Numbered from the stretch's first letter, positions 17,601-36,500 are shown. The stretch: DNA of 64,000 bases from Eledone cirrhosa (GCA_964016885.1 OZ024741.1:408518001-408582000); one strand, 5' to 3'. A program made the numbers and translations. Notes: generated from the sequence alone by a model not told the origin.

Positions 17601-19740
17601 CCACATACAACACATAATCAGATAATACACACATCTAGGACCACATACAACACATAATCAGATAATACACACATCTAGGACGATATACAACACATAATCA
17701 GATAATACACACATATAGGGCCACATACAACACATAATCAGATAATACACACATCTAGGACCACATACAACACATAATCACATAATACACACATCTAGGA
17801 CCACATACAACACATAATCAGATAATACACACATCTAGGACCACATATAACACATAATCAGATAATACACACATCTAGGACCACATTTAACACATAATCA
17901 GATAATACACACATCTAGGACCACATATAACACATAATCAGATAATACACACATCTAGGACCACATTTATCACATAATCAGATAATACATACATCTAGGA
18001 CCACATATAACACATAATCAGATAATACACACATCTAGGACCACATTTAACACATAATCAGATAATACACACATCTAGGTCCACATATAACACATAATCA
18101 GATAATACACACATCTAGGACCACATACAACACATAATCAGATAATACACACATCTAGGACCACATTTAACACATAATCAGATAATACACACATCTAGGA
18201 CCACATATAACACATAATCAGATAATACACACATCTAGGACCACATACAACACATAATCAGATAATACACACATCTAGAACCACATACAACACATAATCA
18301 GATAATACACACATCTAGGACGATATACAACACATAATCAGATAATACACACATCTAGGACCACATACAACACATAATCAGATAATACACACATCTAGGA
18401 CCACATACAACACATAATCAGATAATACACACATCTAGCACCACATACAACACATAATCAGATAATACACACATCTAGGACCACATATAACACATAATCA
18501 GATAATACACACATCTAGGACCACATACAACACATAATCAGATAATACACACATCTAGGACCACATACAACACATAATCAGATAATACACACATCTAGGA
18601 CCACATTTAACACATAATCAGATAATACACGCATCTAGGACCACATTTAACACATAATCAGATAATACACACATCTAGGACCACATACAACACATAATCA
18701 GATAATACACACATCTAGGACCACATACAACACATAATCAGATAATACACACATCTAGAACCACATACAACACATAATCAGATAATACACACATCTAGGA
18801 CGATATACAACACATAATCAGATAATACACACATCTAGGACCACATATAACACATAATCAGATAATACACACATCTAGGACTACATACAACACATAATCA
18901 GATAATACACACATCTAGGACCACATACAACACATAATCAGGTAATACACACATCTAGGACCACATACAACACACAATCAGATAATACACACATCTAGAA
19001 CGACATACAACACATAATCAGATAATACACACATCTAGGACCACATACAACACATAATCAGATAATACACACACATCTAGGACCACATACAACACATAAT
19101 CAGATAATACACACATCTAGGACCACATACAACACATAGTCAGATAATACACACATCTAGGACCACATACAACACATAATCAGATAATACACACATCTAG
19201 GACCACATACAACACATAATCAGATAATACACACATCTAGGACGATATACAACACAAAATCAGATAATACACACATCTAGGACGATATACAACACATAAT
19301 CAGATAATACACACATCTAGGGCCACATACAACACATAATCAGATAATACACACATCTAGGACCACATACAACACATAATCACATAATACACACATCTAG
19401 GACCACATACAACACATAATCAGATAATACACACATCTAGGACCACATATAACACATAATCAGATAATACACACATCTAGGACCACATTTAACACATAAT
19501 CAGATAATACACACATCTAGGACCACATATAACACATAATCAGATAATACACACATCTAGGACCACATTTAACACATAATCAGATAATACATACATCTAG
19601 GACCACATATAACACATAATCAGATAATACACACATCTAGGACCACATTTAACACATAATCAGATAATACACACATCTAGGTCCACATATAACACATAAT
19701 CAGATAATACACACATCTAGGACCACATACAACACATAAT
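14660..19740. repeat. Duplication, offset 3522 bp (88 monomers + 2 bp): ~14660-16220 repeated at ~18180-19740
   Basis: CATAGTC (G at 15617/19139), CACAAAATC ~15731/19253, double GGACGATAT monomers, TACATACATC ~16066/19588. Confidence 0.8.
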
Positions 19741-20780
19741 CAGATAATACACACATCTAGGACCACATTTAACACATAATCAGATAATACACACATCTAG
19801 GACCACATATAACACATAATCAGATAATACACACATCTAGGACCACATACAACACATAATCAGATAATACACACATCTAGAACCACATACAACACATAAT
19901 CAGATAATACACACATCTAGGACGATATACAACACATAATCAGATAATACACACATCTAGGACCACATACAACACATAATCAGATAATACACACATCTAG
20001 GACCACATACAACACATAATCAGATAATACACACATCTAGCACCACATACAACACATAATCAGATAATACACACATCTAGGACCACATATAACACATAAT
20101 CAGATAATACACACATCTAGGACCACATACAACACATAATCAGATAATACACACATCTAGGACCACATACAACACATAATCAGATAATACACACATCTAG
20201 GACCACATTTAACACATAATCAGATAATACACGCATCTAGGACCACATTTAACACATAATCAGATAAAACACACATCTAGGACCACATACAACACATAAT
20301 CAGATAATACACACATCTAGGACCACATACAACACATAATCAGATAATACACACATCTAGAACCACATACAACACATAATCAGATAATACACACATCTAG
20401 GACGATATACAACACATAATCAGATAATACACACATCTAGGACCACATATAACACATAATCAGATAATACACACATCTAGGACTACATACAACACATAAT
20501 CAGATAATACACACATCTAGGACCACATACAACACATAATCAGGTAATACACACATCTAGGACCACATACAACACACAATCAGATAATACACACATCTAG
20601 AACGACATACAACACATAATCAGATAATACACACATCTAGGACCACATACAACACATAATCAGATAATACACACACATCTAGGACCACATACAACACATA
20701 ATCAGATAATACACACATCTAGGACCACATACAACACATAATCAGATAATACACACATCTAGGACGATATACAACACAAA
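17680..20780. repeat. Tandem duplication, offset 1602 bp (40 monomers + 2 bp)
   Basis: CAGGTAAT (first G 18941/20543), TCACATAAT ~17779/19381, CACGCATC ~18628/20230, AGAACGAC ~18997/20599. Confidence 0.8.
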
Positions 20781-23700
20781 ATCAGATAATACACACATCT
20801 AGGGCCACATACAACACATAATCAGATAATACACACATCTAGGGCCACATACAACACATAATCAGATAATACACACATCTAGGACCACATACAACACATA
20901 ATCAGATAATACACACATCTAGGACCACATACAACACATAATCAGATAATACACACATCTAGAACCACATACAACACATAATCAGATAATACACACATCT
21001 AGGACGATATACAACACATAATCAGATAATACACACATCTAGGGCCACATACAACACATAATCAGATAATACACACATCTAGGACCACATACAACACATA
21101 ATCACATAATACACACATCTAGCACCACATACAACACATAATCAGATAATACACACATCTAGGACCACATATAACACATAATCAGATAATACACACATCT
21201 AGGACCACATTTAAAACATAATCAGATAATACACACATCTAGGACCACATATAACACATAATCAGATAATACACACATCTAGGACCACATTTAACACTTA
21301 ATCAGATAATACACACATCTAGGTCCACATATAACACATAATCAGATAATACACACATCTAGGACCACATACAACACATAATCAGATAATACACACATCT
21401 AGGACCACATTTAACACATAATCAGATAATACACACATCTAGGACCACATATAACACATAATCAGATAATACACACATCTAGGACCACATACAACACATA
21501 ATCAGATAATACACACATCTAGGACCACATACAACACATAATCAGATAATACACACATCTAGGACGATATACAACACATAATCAGATAATACACACATCT
21601 AGGGCCACATACAACACATAATCAGATAATACACACATCTAGGGCCACATACAACACATAATCAGATAATACACACATCTAGGACCACATACAACACATA
21701 ATCAGATAATACACACATCTAGGACCACATACAACACATAATCAGATAATACACACATCTAGAACCACATACAACACATAATCAGATAATACACACATCT
21801 AGGACGATATACAACACATAATCAGATAATACACACATCTAGGGCCACATACAACACATAATCAGATAATACACACATCTAGGACCACATACAACACATA
21901 ATCACATAATACACACATCTAGGACCACATACAACACATAATCAGATAATACACACATCTAGGACCACCTATAACACATAATCAGATAATACATACATCT
22001 AGGACCACATTTAACACATAATCAGATAATACACACATCTAGGGCCACATACAACACATAATCAGATAATACACACATCTAGGACCACATACAACACATA
22101 ATCAGATAATACACACATCTAGGACCACATACAACACATAATCAGATAATACACACATCTAGAACCACATACAACACATAATCAGATAATACACACATCT
22201 AGGACCACATACAACACATAATCAGATAATACACACATCTAGGACCACATATAACACATAATCAGATAATACACACATCTAGGTCCACATTTAACACATA
22301 ATCAGATAATACACACATCTAGGACCACATACAACACATAATCAGATAATACACACATCTAGGGCGACATACAACACATAATCAGATAACACACACATCT
22401 AGGACCACATACAACACATAATCAGATAATACACACATCTAGGACCACATTTAACACATAATCAGATAATACACACATCTAGAACCACATACAACACATA
22501 ATCAGATAATACACACATCTAGGACCACATTTAACAAATAATCAGATAATACACACATCTAGGACCACATATAACACATAATCAGATAATACACACATCT
22601 AGGACCACATTTAACACATAATCAGATAATACACACATCTAGGACCACATATAACACATAATCAGATAATACACACATCTAGGACCACATTTAACACATA
22701 ATCAGATAATACACACATCTAGGACCACATATAACACATAATCAGATAATACACACATCTAGGACCACATACAACACATAATCAGATAATACACACATCT
22801 AGGACCACATACAACACATAATCAGATAATACACACATCTAGGACCACATACAACACATAATCAGATAATACACACATCTAGGACCACATACAACACATA
22901 ATCAGATAATACACACATCTAGGACGATATACAACACAAAATCAGATAATACACACATCTAGGGCCACATACAACACATAATCAGATAATACACACATCT
23001 AGGGCCACATACAACACATAATCAGATAATACACACATCTAGGACCACATACAACACATAATCAGATAATACACACATCTAGGACCACATACAACACATA
23101 ATCAGATAATACACACATCTAGAACCACATACAACACATAATCAGATAATACACACATCTAGGACGATATACAACACATAATCAGATAATACACACTTCT
23201 AGGGCCACATACAACACATAATCAGATAATACACACATCTAGGACCACATACAACACATAATCACATAATACACACATCTAGCACCACATACAACACATA
23301 ATCAGATAATACACACATCTAGGACCACATATAACACATAATCAGATAATACACACATCTAGGACCACATTTAAAACATAATCAGATAATACACACATCT
23401 AGGACCACATATAACACATAATCAGATAATACGCACATCTAGGACCACATTTAACACTTAATCAGATAATACACACATCTAGGTCCACATATAACACATA
23501 ATCAGATAATACACACATCTAGGACCACATACAACACATAATCAGATAATACACACATCTAGGACCACATTTAACACATAATCAGATAATACACACATCT
23601 AGGACCACATATAACACATAATCAGATAATACACACATCTAGGACCACATACAACACATAATCAGATAATACACACATCTAGGACCACATACAACACATA

Positions 23701-24930
23701 ATCAGATAATACACACATCTAGGACGATATACAACACATAATCAGAAAATACACACATCTAGGGCCACATACAACACATAATCAGATAATACACACATCT
23801 AGGGCCACATACAACACATAATCAGATAATACACACATCTAGGACCACATACAACACATAATCAGATAATACACACATCTAGGACCACATACAACACATA
23901 ATCAGATAATACACACATCTAGAACCACATACAACACATAATCAGATAATACACACATCTACGACGATATACAACACATAATCAGATAATACACACATCT
24001 AGGGCCACATACAACACATAATCAGATAATACACACATCTAGGACCACATACAACACATAATCACATAATACACACATCTAGGACCACATACAACACATA
24101 ATCAGATAATACACACATCTAGGACCACCTATAACACATAATCAGATAATACACACATCTAGGACCACATTTAACACATAATCAGATAATACACACATCT
24201 AGGGCCACATACAACACATAATCAGATAATACACACATCTAGGACCACATACAACACATAATCAGATAATACACACATCTAGGACCACATACAACACATA
24301 ATCAGATAATACACACATCTAGAACCACATACAACACATAATCAGATAATACACACATCTAGGACCACATACAACACATAATCAGATAATACACACATCT
24401 AGGACCACATATAACACATAATCAGATAATACACACATCTAGGTCCACATTTAACACATAATCAGATAATACACACATCTAGGACCACATACAACACATA
24501 ATCAGATAATACACACATCTAGGGCGACATACAACACATAATCAGATAACACACACATCTAGGACCACATACAACACATAATCAGATAATACACACATCT
24601 AGGACCACATTTAACACATAATCAGATAATACACACATCTAGAACCACATACAACACATAATCAGATAATACACACATCTAGGACCACATTTAACAAATA
24701 ATCAGATAATACACACATCTAGGACCACATATAACACATGATCAGATAATACACACATCTAGGACCACATTTAACACATAATCAGATAATACACACATCT
24801 AGGACCACATATAACACATAATCAGATAATACACACATCTAGGACCACATTTAACACATAATCAGATAATACACACATCTAGGACCACATATAACACATA
24901 ATCAGATAATACACACATCTAGGACCACAT
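20701..24930. repeat. Near-perfect, indel-free tandem duplication, offset 2160 bp (54 monomers)
   Basis: ACAACACAAA 20771/22931, TTAAAACATA 21211/23371, TTAACACTTA 21291/23451, AGGACCACCT 21961/24121, ATCAGATAAC 22381/24541, TTAACAAATA 22531/24691. Confidence 0.93.
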
Positions 24931-25029
24931 ACAACACATAACCAGATAATACACACATCTAGGACCACATACAACACATAATCAGATAATACACACATCT
25001 AGGACCACATTTAACACATAATCAGATAA

Positions 25030-28000
25030 TACACACATCTAGGACCACATATAACACATAATCAGATAATACACACATCTAGGACCACATTTAACACATA
25101 ATCAGATAATACAAACATCTAGGATCACATATAACACATAATCAGATAATACACACATTCTAGGACGACATATAACACATAATCAGATAATACACACATC
25201 TAGTACCACATACAACACATAATCAGATAATACACACATCTAGGACCACATACAACACATAATCAGATAATACACACATCTAGGACCACATTTAACACAT
25301 AATCAGATAATACACACATCTAGGACCACATTTAACACATAATCAGATAATACACACATCTAGGACCACATACAACACATAATCAGATAATACACACATC
25401 TAGAACCACATAAAACACATAATCAGATAATACACACATCTAGGACGATATACAACACATAATCAGATAATACACACATCTAGGGCCACATACAACACAT
25501 AATCAGATAATACACACATCTAGGGCCACATACAACACATAATCAGATAATACACACATCTAGGACCACATACAACACATAATCAGATAATACACACATC
25601 TAGGACCACATACAACACATAATCAGATAATACACACATCTAGAACCACATACAACACATAATCAGATAATACACACATCTTGAACCACATACAACACAT
25701 AATCAGATAATACACACATCTAGGACCACATACAACACATAATCAGATAATACACACATCTAGGGCCACATACAACACATAATCAGATAATACACACATC
25801 TAGGACCACATACAACACATAATCAGATAATACACACATCTAGGACAACATACAACACATAATCAGATAATACACACATCTAGGACCACATTTAACACAT
25901 AATCAGATAATACACACATCTAGGACCACATACAACACATAATCAGATAATACACACATCTAGGTCCACATTTAACACATAATCAGATAATACACACATC
26001 TAGGACCACATATAACACATAATCAGATAATACACACATCTAGGACCACATACAACACATAATCAGATAATACCCACATCTAGGACCACATACAACACAT
26101 AATCAGATAATACACACATCTAGGACCACATTTAACACATAATCATATAATACACACATCTAGGACCACATATAACACATAATCAGATAACACACACATC
26201 TAGGACCACATTTAACACATAATCAGATAATACACACACCTAGGACCACATATAACACATAATCAGATAATACACACATCTAGGACCACGTATAACACAT
26301 GATCAGATAATACACACATCTAGGACCACATACAACACATAATCAGATAATACACACATCTAGGACCACATACAACACATACTCCGATAATACACACATC
26401 TAGGACCACATTTAACACATAATCAGATAATACACACATCTAGGACCACATTTAACACATAATCAGATAATACACACATCTAGGACCACATATAACACAG
26501 AATCAGATAATACACACATCTAGGACCACATTTAACACATAATCAGATAATACACACATCTAGGACCACATATAACACATAATCAGATAATACACACATC
26601 TAGGACCACATATAACACATAATCAGATAATACACACATCTAGGACCACATTTAACACATAATTAGATAATACACACATCTAGGACCACATATAACACAT
26701 AATCAGATAATACACACATCTAGGACCACATTTAACACATAATCAGATAATACACACATCTAGGACCACATATAACACATAATCAGATAATACACACATC
26801 TAGGACCACATTTAACACATAATCAGATAATACACACATCTAGGACCACATATAACACATAATCAGATAATACACACATCTAGGACCACATACAACACAT
26901 AGTCAGATAATACACACATCTAGGACCACATTTAACACATAATCAGATAATACACACATCTAGGACCACATATAACACATAATCAGATAATACACACATC
27001 TAGGACCACATACAACACATAATCAAATAATACACACATCTAGAACCACATACAACACATAATCAGATAATACACACATCTAGGACGATATGCAACACAT
27101 AATCAGATAATACACACATCTAGGACCACATACAACACATAATCAGATAATACACACATCTAGGACCACATACAACACATAATCAGATAATACACACATC
27201 TAGCACCACATACAACACATAATCAGATAATACACACATCTAGGACCACATATAACACATAATCAGATAATACACACATCTAGGACCACATACAACACAT
27301 AATCAGATAATACACACATCTAGGAACACATACAACACATAATCAGATAATACACACATCTAGGACCACATTTAACACATAATCAGATAATACACACATC
27401 TAGGACCACATTTAAAACATAATCAGATAATACACACATCTAGGACCACATACAACACACAATCAGATAATACACACATCTAGGACCACATACAACACAT
27501 AATCAGATAATACACACATCTAGAACCACATACAACACATAATCAGATAATAGACACATCTAGGACGATATACAACACATAATCAGATAATACACACATC
27601 TAGGACCACATATAACACATAATGAGGTAATACACACATCTAGGACTACATACAACACATAATAAGATAATTCACACATCTAGGACCATATACAACACAT
27701 AATCAGATAATACACACATCTAGGACACATACAACAATTAATCAGATAATACACACATCTAGAACCACATACAACACATAATCAGATAATACACACATCT
27801 AGGACGATATACAACACATAATCAGATAATACACACATCTAGGACCACATATAACACATAATGAGGTAATACACACATCTAGGACTACATACAACACATA
27901 ATAAGATAATTCACACATCTAGGACCACATACAACACATAATCAGATAATACACACATCTAGGACACATACAACAATTAATCAGATAATACACACATCTA

Positions 28001-31000
28001 GAACCACATACAACACATAATCAGATAATACACACATCTAGGACCACATACAACACATAATCAGATAATACACACACATCTAGGACCACATACAACACAT
28101 AATCAGATAATACACACATCTAGGACGATATACAACACATAATCAGATAATACACACATCTAGGGCCACATACAACACACAATCAGATAATACACACATC
28201 TAGGGCCACATACAACACATAATCAGATAATACACACATCTAGGACAACATACAACACATAATCAGATAATACACACATCTAGGACCACATACAACACAT
28301 AATCAGGTAATACACACATGTAGAACCACATACAACACATAATCAGATAATACACACATCTAGGACGATATACAACACATAATCAGATAATACACACATC
28401 TAGGGCCACATACAACACATAATCAGATAATACACGCATCTAGGGCCACATACAACACATAATCAGATAATACACACATCTAGGACCACATACAACACAT
28501 AATCAGATAATACACACATCTAGGACCACATTTAACACATAATCAGATAATACACACATCTAGGACCACATTTAACACATAATCAGATAATACACACATC
28601 TAGGACCACATACAACACATAATCAGATAATACACACATCTAGAACCACATACAACACATAATCAGATAATACACACATCTAGGACGATATACAACACAT
28701 AATCAGATAATACACACATCTAGGGCCACATACAACACATAATCAGATAATACACACATCTAGGGCCACATACAACACATAATCAGATAATACACACATC
28801 TAGGACCACATACAACACATAATCAGATAATACACACATCTAGGACCACATACAACACATAATCAGATAATACACACATCTAGAACCACATACAACACAT
28901 AATCAGATAATACACACATCTTGAACCACATACAACACATAATCAGATAATACACACATCTAGGACCACGTACAACACATAATCAGATAATACACACATC
29001 TAGGGCCACATACAACACATAATCAGATAATACACACATCTAGGACCACATACAACACATAACCAGATAATACACACATCTAGGACAACATACAACACAT
29101 AATCAGATAATACACACATCTAGGACCACATTTAACACATAATCAGATAATACACACATCTAGGACCACATACAACACATAATCAGATAATACACACATC
29201 TAGGTCCACATTTAACACATAATCAGATAATACACACATCTAGGACAACATACAACACATAATCAGATAATACACACATCTTGAACCATATACAACACAT
29301 AATCAGATAATACACACATCTAGGACCACATACAACACATAATCAGATAATACACACATCTAGGGCGACATACAACACATAATCAGATAATACACACATC
29401 TAGGACCACATATAACACATAATCAGATAATACACACATCTAGGACCACATTTAACACATAATCAGATAATACAAACATCTAGGATCACATATAACACAT
29501 AATCAGATAATACACACATTCTAGGACGACATATAACACATAATCAGATAATACACACATCTAGTACCACATACAACACATAATCAGATAATACACACAT
29601 CTAGGACCACATACAACACATAATCAGATAATACACACATCTAGGACCACATTTAACACATAATCAGATAATACACACATCTAGGACCACATTTAACACA
29701 TAATCAGATAATACACACATCTAGGACCACATACAACACATAATCAGATAATACACACATCTAGAACCACATAAAACACATAATCAGATAATACACACAT
29801 CTAGGACGATATACAACACATAATCAGATAATACACACATCTAGGGCCACATACAACACATAATCAGATAATACACACATCTAGGGCCACATACAACACA
29901 TAATCAGATAATACACACATCTAGGACCACATACAACACATAATCAGATAATACACACATCTAGGACCACATACAACACATAATCAGATAATACACACAT
30001 CTAGAACCACATACAACACATAATCAGATAATACACACATCTTGAACCACATACAACACATAATCAGATAATACACACATCTAGGACCACATACAACACA
30101 TAATCAGATAATACACACATCTAGGGCCACATACAACACATAATCAGATAATACACACATCTAGGACCACATACAACACATAATCAGATAATACACACAT
30201 CTAGGACAACATACAACACATAATCAGATAATACACACATCTAGGACCACATTTAACACATAATCAGATAATACACACATCTAGGACCACATACAACACA
30301 TAATCAGATAATACACACATCTAGGTCCACATTTAACACATAATCAGATAATACACACATCTAGGACCACATATAACACATAATCAGATAATACACACAT
30401 CTAGGACCACATACAACACATAATCAGATAATACCCACATCTAGGACCACATACAACACATAATCAGATAATACACACATCTAGGACCACATTTAACACA
30501 TAATCATATAATACACACATCTAGGACCACATATAACACATAATCAGATAACACACACATCTAGGACCACATTTAACACATAATCAGATAATACACACAC
30601 CTAGGACCACATATAACACATAATCAGATAATACACACATCTAGGACCACGTATAACACATGATCAGATAATACACACATCTAGGACCACATACAACACA
30701 TAATCAGATAATACACACATCTAGGACCACATACAACACATACTCCGATAATACACACATCTAGGACCACATTTAACACATAATCAGATAATACACACAT
30801 CTAGGACCACATTTAACACATAATCAGATAATACACACATCTAGGACCACATATAACACAGAATCAGATAATACACACATCTAGGACCACATTTAACACA
30901 TAATCAGATAATACACACATCTAGGACCACATATAACACATAATCAGATAATACACACATCTAGGACCACATATAACACATAATCAGATAATACACACAT

Positions 31001-33520
31001 CTAGGACCACATTTAACACATAATTAGATAATACACACATCTAGGACCACATATAACACATAATCAGATAATACACACATCTAGGACCACATTTAACACA
31101 TAATCAGATAATACACACATCTAGGACCACATATAACACATAATCAGATAATACACACATCTAGGACCACATTTAACACATAATCAGATAATACACACAT
31201 CTAGGACCACATATAACACATAATCAGATAATACACACATCTAGGACCACATACAACACATAGTCAGATAATACACACATCTAGGACCACATTTAACACA
31301 TAATCAGATAATACACACATCTAGGACCACATATAACACATAATCAGATAATACACACATCTAGGACCACATACAACACATAATCAAATAATACACACAT
31401 CTAGAACCACATACAACACATAATCAGATAATACACACATCTAGGACGATATGCAACACATAATCAGATAATACACACATCTAGGACCACATACAACACA
31501 TAATCAGATAATACACACATCTAGGACCACATACAACACATAATCAGATAATACACACATCTAGCACCACATACAACACATAATCAGATAATACACACAT
31601 CTAGGACCACATATAACACATAATCAGATAATACACACATCTAGGACCACATACAACACATAATCAGATAATACACACATCTAGGAACACATACAACACA
31701 TAATCAGATAATACACACATCTAGGACCACATTTAACACATAATCAGATAATACACACATCTAGGACCACATTTAAAACATAATCAGATAATACACACAT
31801 CTAGGACCACATACAACACACAATCAGATAATACACACATCTAGGACCACATACAACACATAATCAGATAATACACACATCTAGAACCACATACAACACA
31901 TAATCAGATAATAGACACATCTAGGACGATATACAACACATAATCAGATAATACACACATCTAGGACCACATATAACACATAATGAGGTAATACACACAT
32001 CTAGGACTACATACAACACATAATAAGATAATTCACACATCTAGGACCACATACAACACATAATCAGATAATACACACATCTAGGACACATACAACAATT
32101 AATCAGATAATACACACATCTAGAACCACATACAACACATAATCAGATAATACACACATCTAGGACCACATACAACACATAATCAGATAATACACACACA
32201 TCTAGGACCACATACAACACATAATCAGATAATACACACATCTAGGACGATATACAACACATAATCAGATAATACACACATCTAGGGCCACATACAACAC
32301 ACAATCAGATAATACACACATCTAGGGCCACATACAACACATAATCAGATAATACACACATCTAGGACAACATACAACACATAATCAGATAATACACACA
32401 TCTAGGACCACATACAACACATAATCAGGTAATACACACATGTAGAACCACATACAACACATAATCAGATAATACACACATCTAGGACGATATACAACAC
32501 ATAATCAGATAATACACACATCTAGGGCCACATACAACACATAATCAGATAATACACGCATCTAGGGCCACATACAACACATAATCAGATAATACACACA
32601 TCTAGGACCACATACAACACATAATCAGATAATACACACATCTAGGACCACATTTAACACATAATCAGATAATACACACATCTAGGACCACATTTAACAC
32701 ATAATCAGATAATACACACATCTAGGACCACATACAACACATAATCAGATAATACACACATCTAGAACCACATACAACACATAATCAGATAATACACACA
32801 TCTAGGACGATATACAACACATAATCAGATAATACACACATCTAGGGCCACATACAACACATAATCAGATAATACACACATCTAGGGCCACATACAACAC
32901 ATAATCAGATAATACACACATCTAGGACCACATACAACACATAATCAGATAATACACACATCTAGGACCACATACAACACATAATCAGATAATACACACA
33001 TCTAGAACCACATACAACACATAATCAGATAATACACACATCTTGAACCACATACAACACATAATCAGATAATACACACATCTAGGACCACGTACAACAC
33101 ATAATCAGATAATACACACATCTAGGGCCACATACAACACATAATCAGATAATACACACATCTAGGACCACATACAACACATAACCAGATAATACACACA
33201 TCTAGGACAACATACAACACATAATCAGATAATACACACATCTAGGACCACATTTAACACATAATCAGATAATACACACATCTAGGACCACATACAACAC
33301 ATAATCAGATAATACACACATCTAGGTCCACATTTAACACATAATCAGATAATACACACATCTAGGACAACATACAACACATAATCAGATAATACACACA
33401 TCTTGAACCATATACAACACATAATCAGATAATACACACATCTAGGACCACATACAACACATAATCAGATAATACACACATCTAGGGCGACATACAACAC
33501 ATAATCAGATAATACACACA
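25030..33520. repeat. Tandem duplication, offset 4361 bp (109 monomers + 1 bp), becoming 4122 bp after a 239-bp internal indel
   Basis: TACCCACA 26071/30432, ACTCCGAT 26381/30742, TGCAAC 27091/31452 (all 4361). TTGAACCATA 29281/33403 (4122 = 4361-239). Confidence 0.93.
27500..27980. repeat. Local 239-bp (6 monomers - 1 bp) tandem duplication, also duplicated at ~36945-37425 but single at ~31860-32100
   Basis: Cassette AATGAGGTAA...GGACTAC...AATAAGATAATTC...GGACACATACAACAATT with marker G at 27624/27863 and 37068/37307, and only once at 31985. Confidence 0.9.
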
Positions 33521-36500
33521 TCTAGGACCACATAAAACACATAATCAGATAATACACACATCTAGGACCACATATAACACATAATCAGATAATACACACA
33601 TCTAGGACCACATACAACACATAATCAGATAATACACACATCTAGGACCACATACAACACATAATCAGATAATACACACATCTAGGACCACATTTAACAC
33701 ATAATCAGATAACACACACATCTAGGACCACATTTAACACATAATCAGATAATACACACACCTAGGACCACATATAACACATAATCAGATACTACACACA
33801 TCTAGGACCACGTATAACACATAATCAGATAATACACACATCTAGGACCACATACAACACATAATCAGATAATACACACATCTAGGACCACATACAACAC
33901 ATAATCAGATAATACACACATCTAGGACCACATTTAACACATAATCAGATAATACACACATCTAGGACCACATTTAACACATAATCAGATAATACACACA
34001 TCTAGGACCACATATAACACATAATCAGATAATACACACATCTAGGACCACATTTAACACATAATCAGATAATACACACATCTAGGACCACATATAACAC
34101 ATAATCAGATAATACACACATCTAGGACCACATATAACACATAATCAGATAATACACACATCTAGGACCACATTTAACACATAATTAGATAATACACACA
34201 TCTAGGACCACATATAACACATAATCAGATAATACACACATCTAGGACCACATTTAACACATAATCAGATAATACACACATCTAGGACCACATATAACAC
34301 ATAATCAGATAATACACACATCTAGGACCACATTTAACACATAATCAGATAATACACACATCTAGGACCACATATAACACATAATCAGATAATACACACA
34401 TCTAGGACCACATACAACACATAGTCAGATAATACACAAATCTAGGACCACATTTAACACATAATCAGATAATACACACATCTAGGACCACATATAACAC
34501 ATAATCAGATAATACACACATCTAGGACCACATACAACACATAATCAAATAATACACACATCTAGAACCACATACAACACATAATCAGATAATACACACA
34601 TCTAGGACGATATACAACACATAATCAGATAATACACACATCTAGGACCACATACAACACATAATCAGATAATACACACATCTAGGACCACATACAACAC
34701 ATAATCAGATAATACACACATCTAGCACCACATACAACACATAATCAGATAATACACACATCTAGGACCACATACAACACATAATCAGATAATACACACA
34801 TCTAGGACCACATACAACACATAATCAGATAATACACACATCTAGGAACACATACAACACATAATCAGATAATACACACATCTAGGACCACATTCAACAC
34901 ATAATCAGATAATACACACATCTAGGACCACATTTAAAACATAATCAGATAATACACACATCTAGGACCACATACAACACATAATCAGATAATACACACA
35001 TCTAGAACCACATACAACACATAATCAGATAATACACACATCTAGGACGATATACAACACATAATCAGATAATACACACATCTAGGACCACATATAACAC
35101 ATAATCAGGTAATACACACATCTAGGACTACATACAACACATAATCAGATAATTCACACATCTAGGACCACATACAACACATAATCAGATAATACACACA
35201 TCTAGAACCACATACAACACATAATCAGATAATACACACATCTAGGACCACATACAACACATAATCAGATAATACACACACATCTAGGACCACATACAAC
35301 ACATAATCAGATAATACACACATCTAGGACGATATACAACACATAATCAGATAATACATACATCTAGGGCCACATACAACACACAATCAGATAATACACA
35401 CATCTAGGGCCACATACAACACATAATCAGATAATACACACATCTAGGACAACATACAACACATAATCAGATAATACACACATCTAGGACCACATACAAC
35501 ACATAATCAGGTAATACACACATGTAGAACCACATACAACACATAATCAGATAATACACACATCTAGGACGATATACAACACATAATCAGATAATACACA
35601 CATCTAGGGCCACATACAACACATAATCAGATAATACACACATCTAGGGCCACATACAACACATAATCAGATAATACACGCATCTAGGGCCACATACAAC
35701 ACATAATCAGATAATACACACATCTAGGACCACATACAACACATAATCAGATAATACACACATCTAGGACCACATTTAACACATAATCAGATAATACACA
35801 CATCTAGGACCACATTTAACACATAATCAGATAATACACACATCTAGGACCACATACAACACATAATCAGATAATACACACATCTAGAACCACATACAAC
35901 ACATAATCAGATAATACACACATCTAGGACGATATACAACACATAATCAGATAATACACACATCTAGGGCCACATACAACACATAATCAGATAATACACA
36001 CATCTAGGGCCACATACAACACATAATCAGATAATACACACATCTAGGACCACATACAACACATAATTAGATAATACACACATCTAGGACCACATACAAC
36101 ACATAATCAGATAATACACACATCTAGAACCACATACAACACATAATCAGATAATACACACATCTTGAACCACATACAACACATAATCAGATAATACACA
36201 CATCTAGGACCACATTTAACACATAATCAGATAATACACACATCTAGGACCACATATAACACATAATCAGATAATACACACATCTAGGACCACATATAAC
36301 ACATAATCAGATAATACACACATCTAGGACCACATACAACACATAGTCAGATAATACACACATCTAGGACCACATTTAACACATAATCAGATAATACACA
36401 CATCTAGGACCACATATAACACATAATCAGATAATACACACATCTAGGACCACATACAACACATAATCAAATAATACACACATCTAGAACCACATACAAC

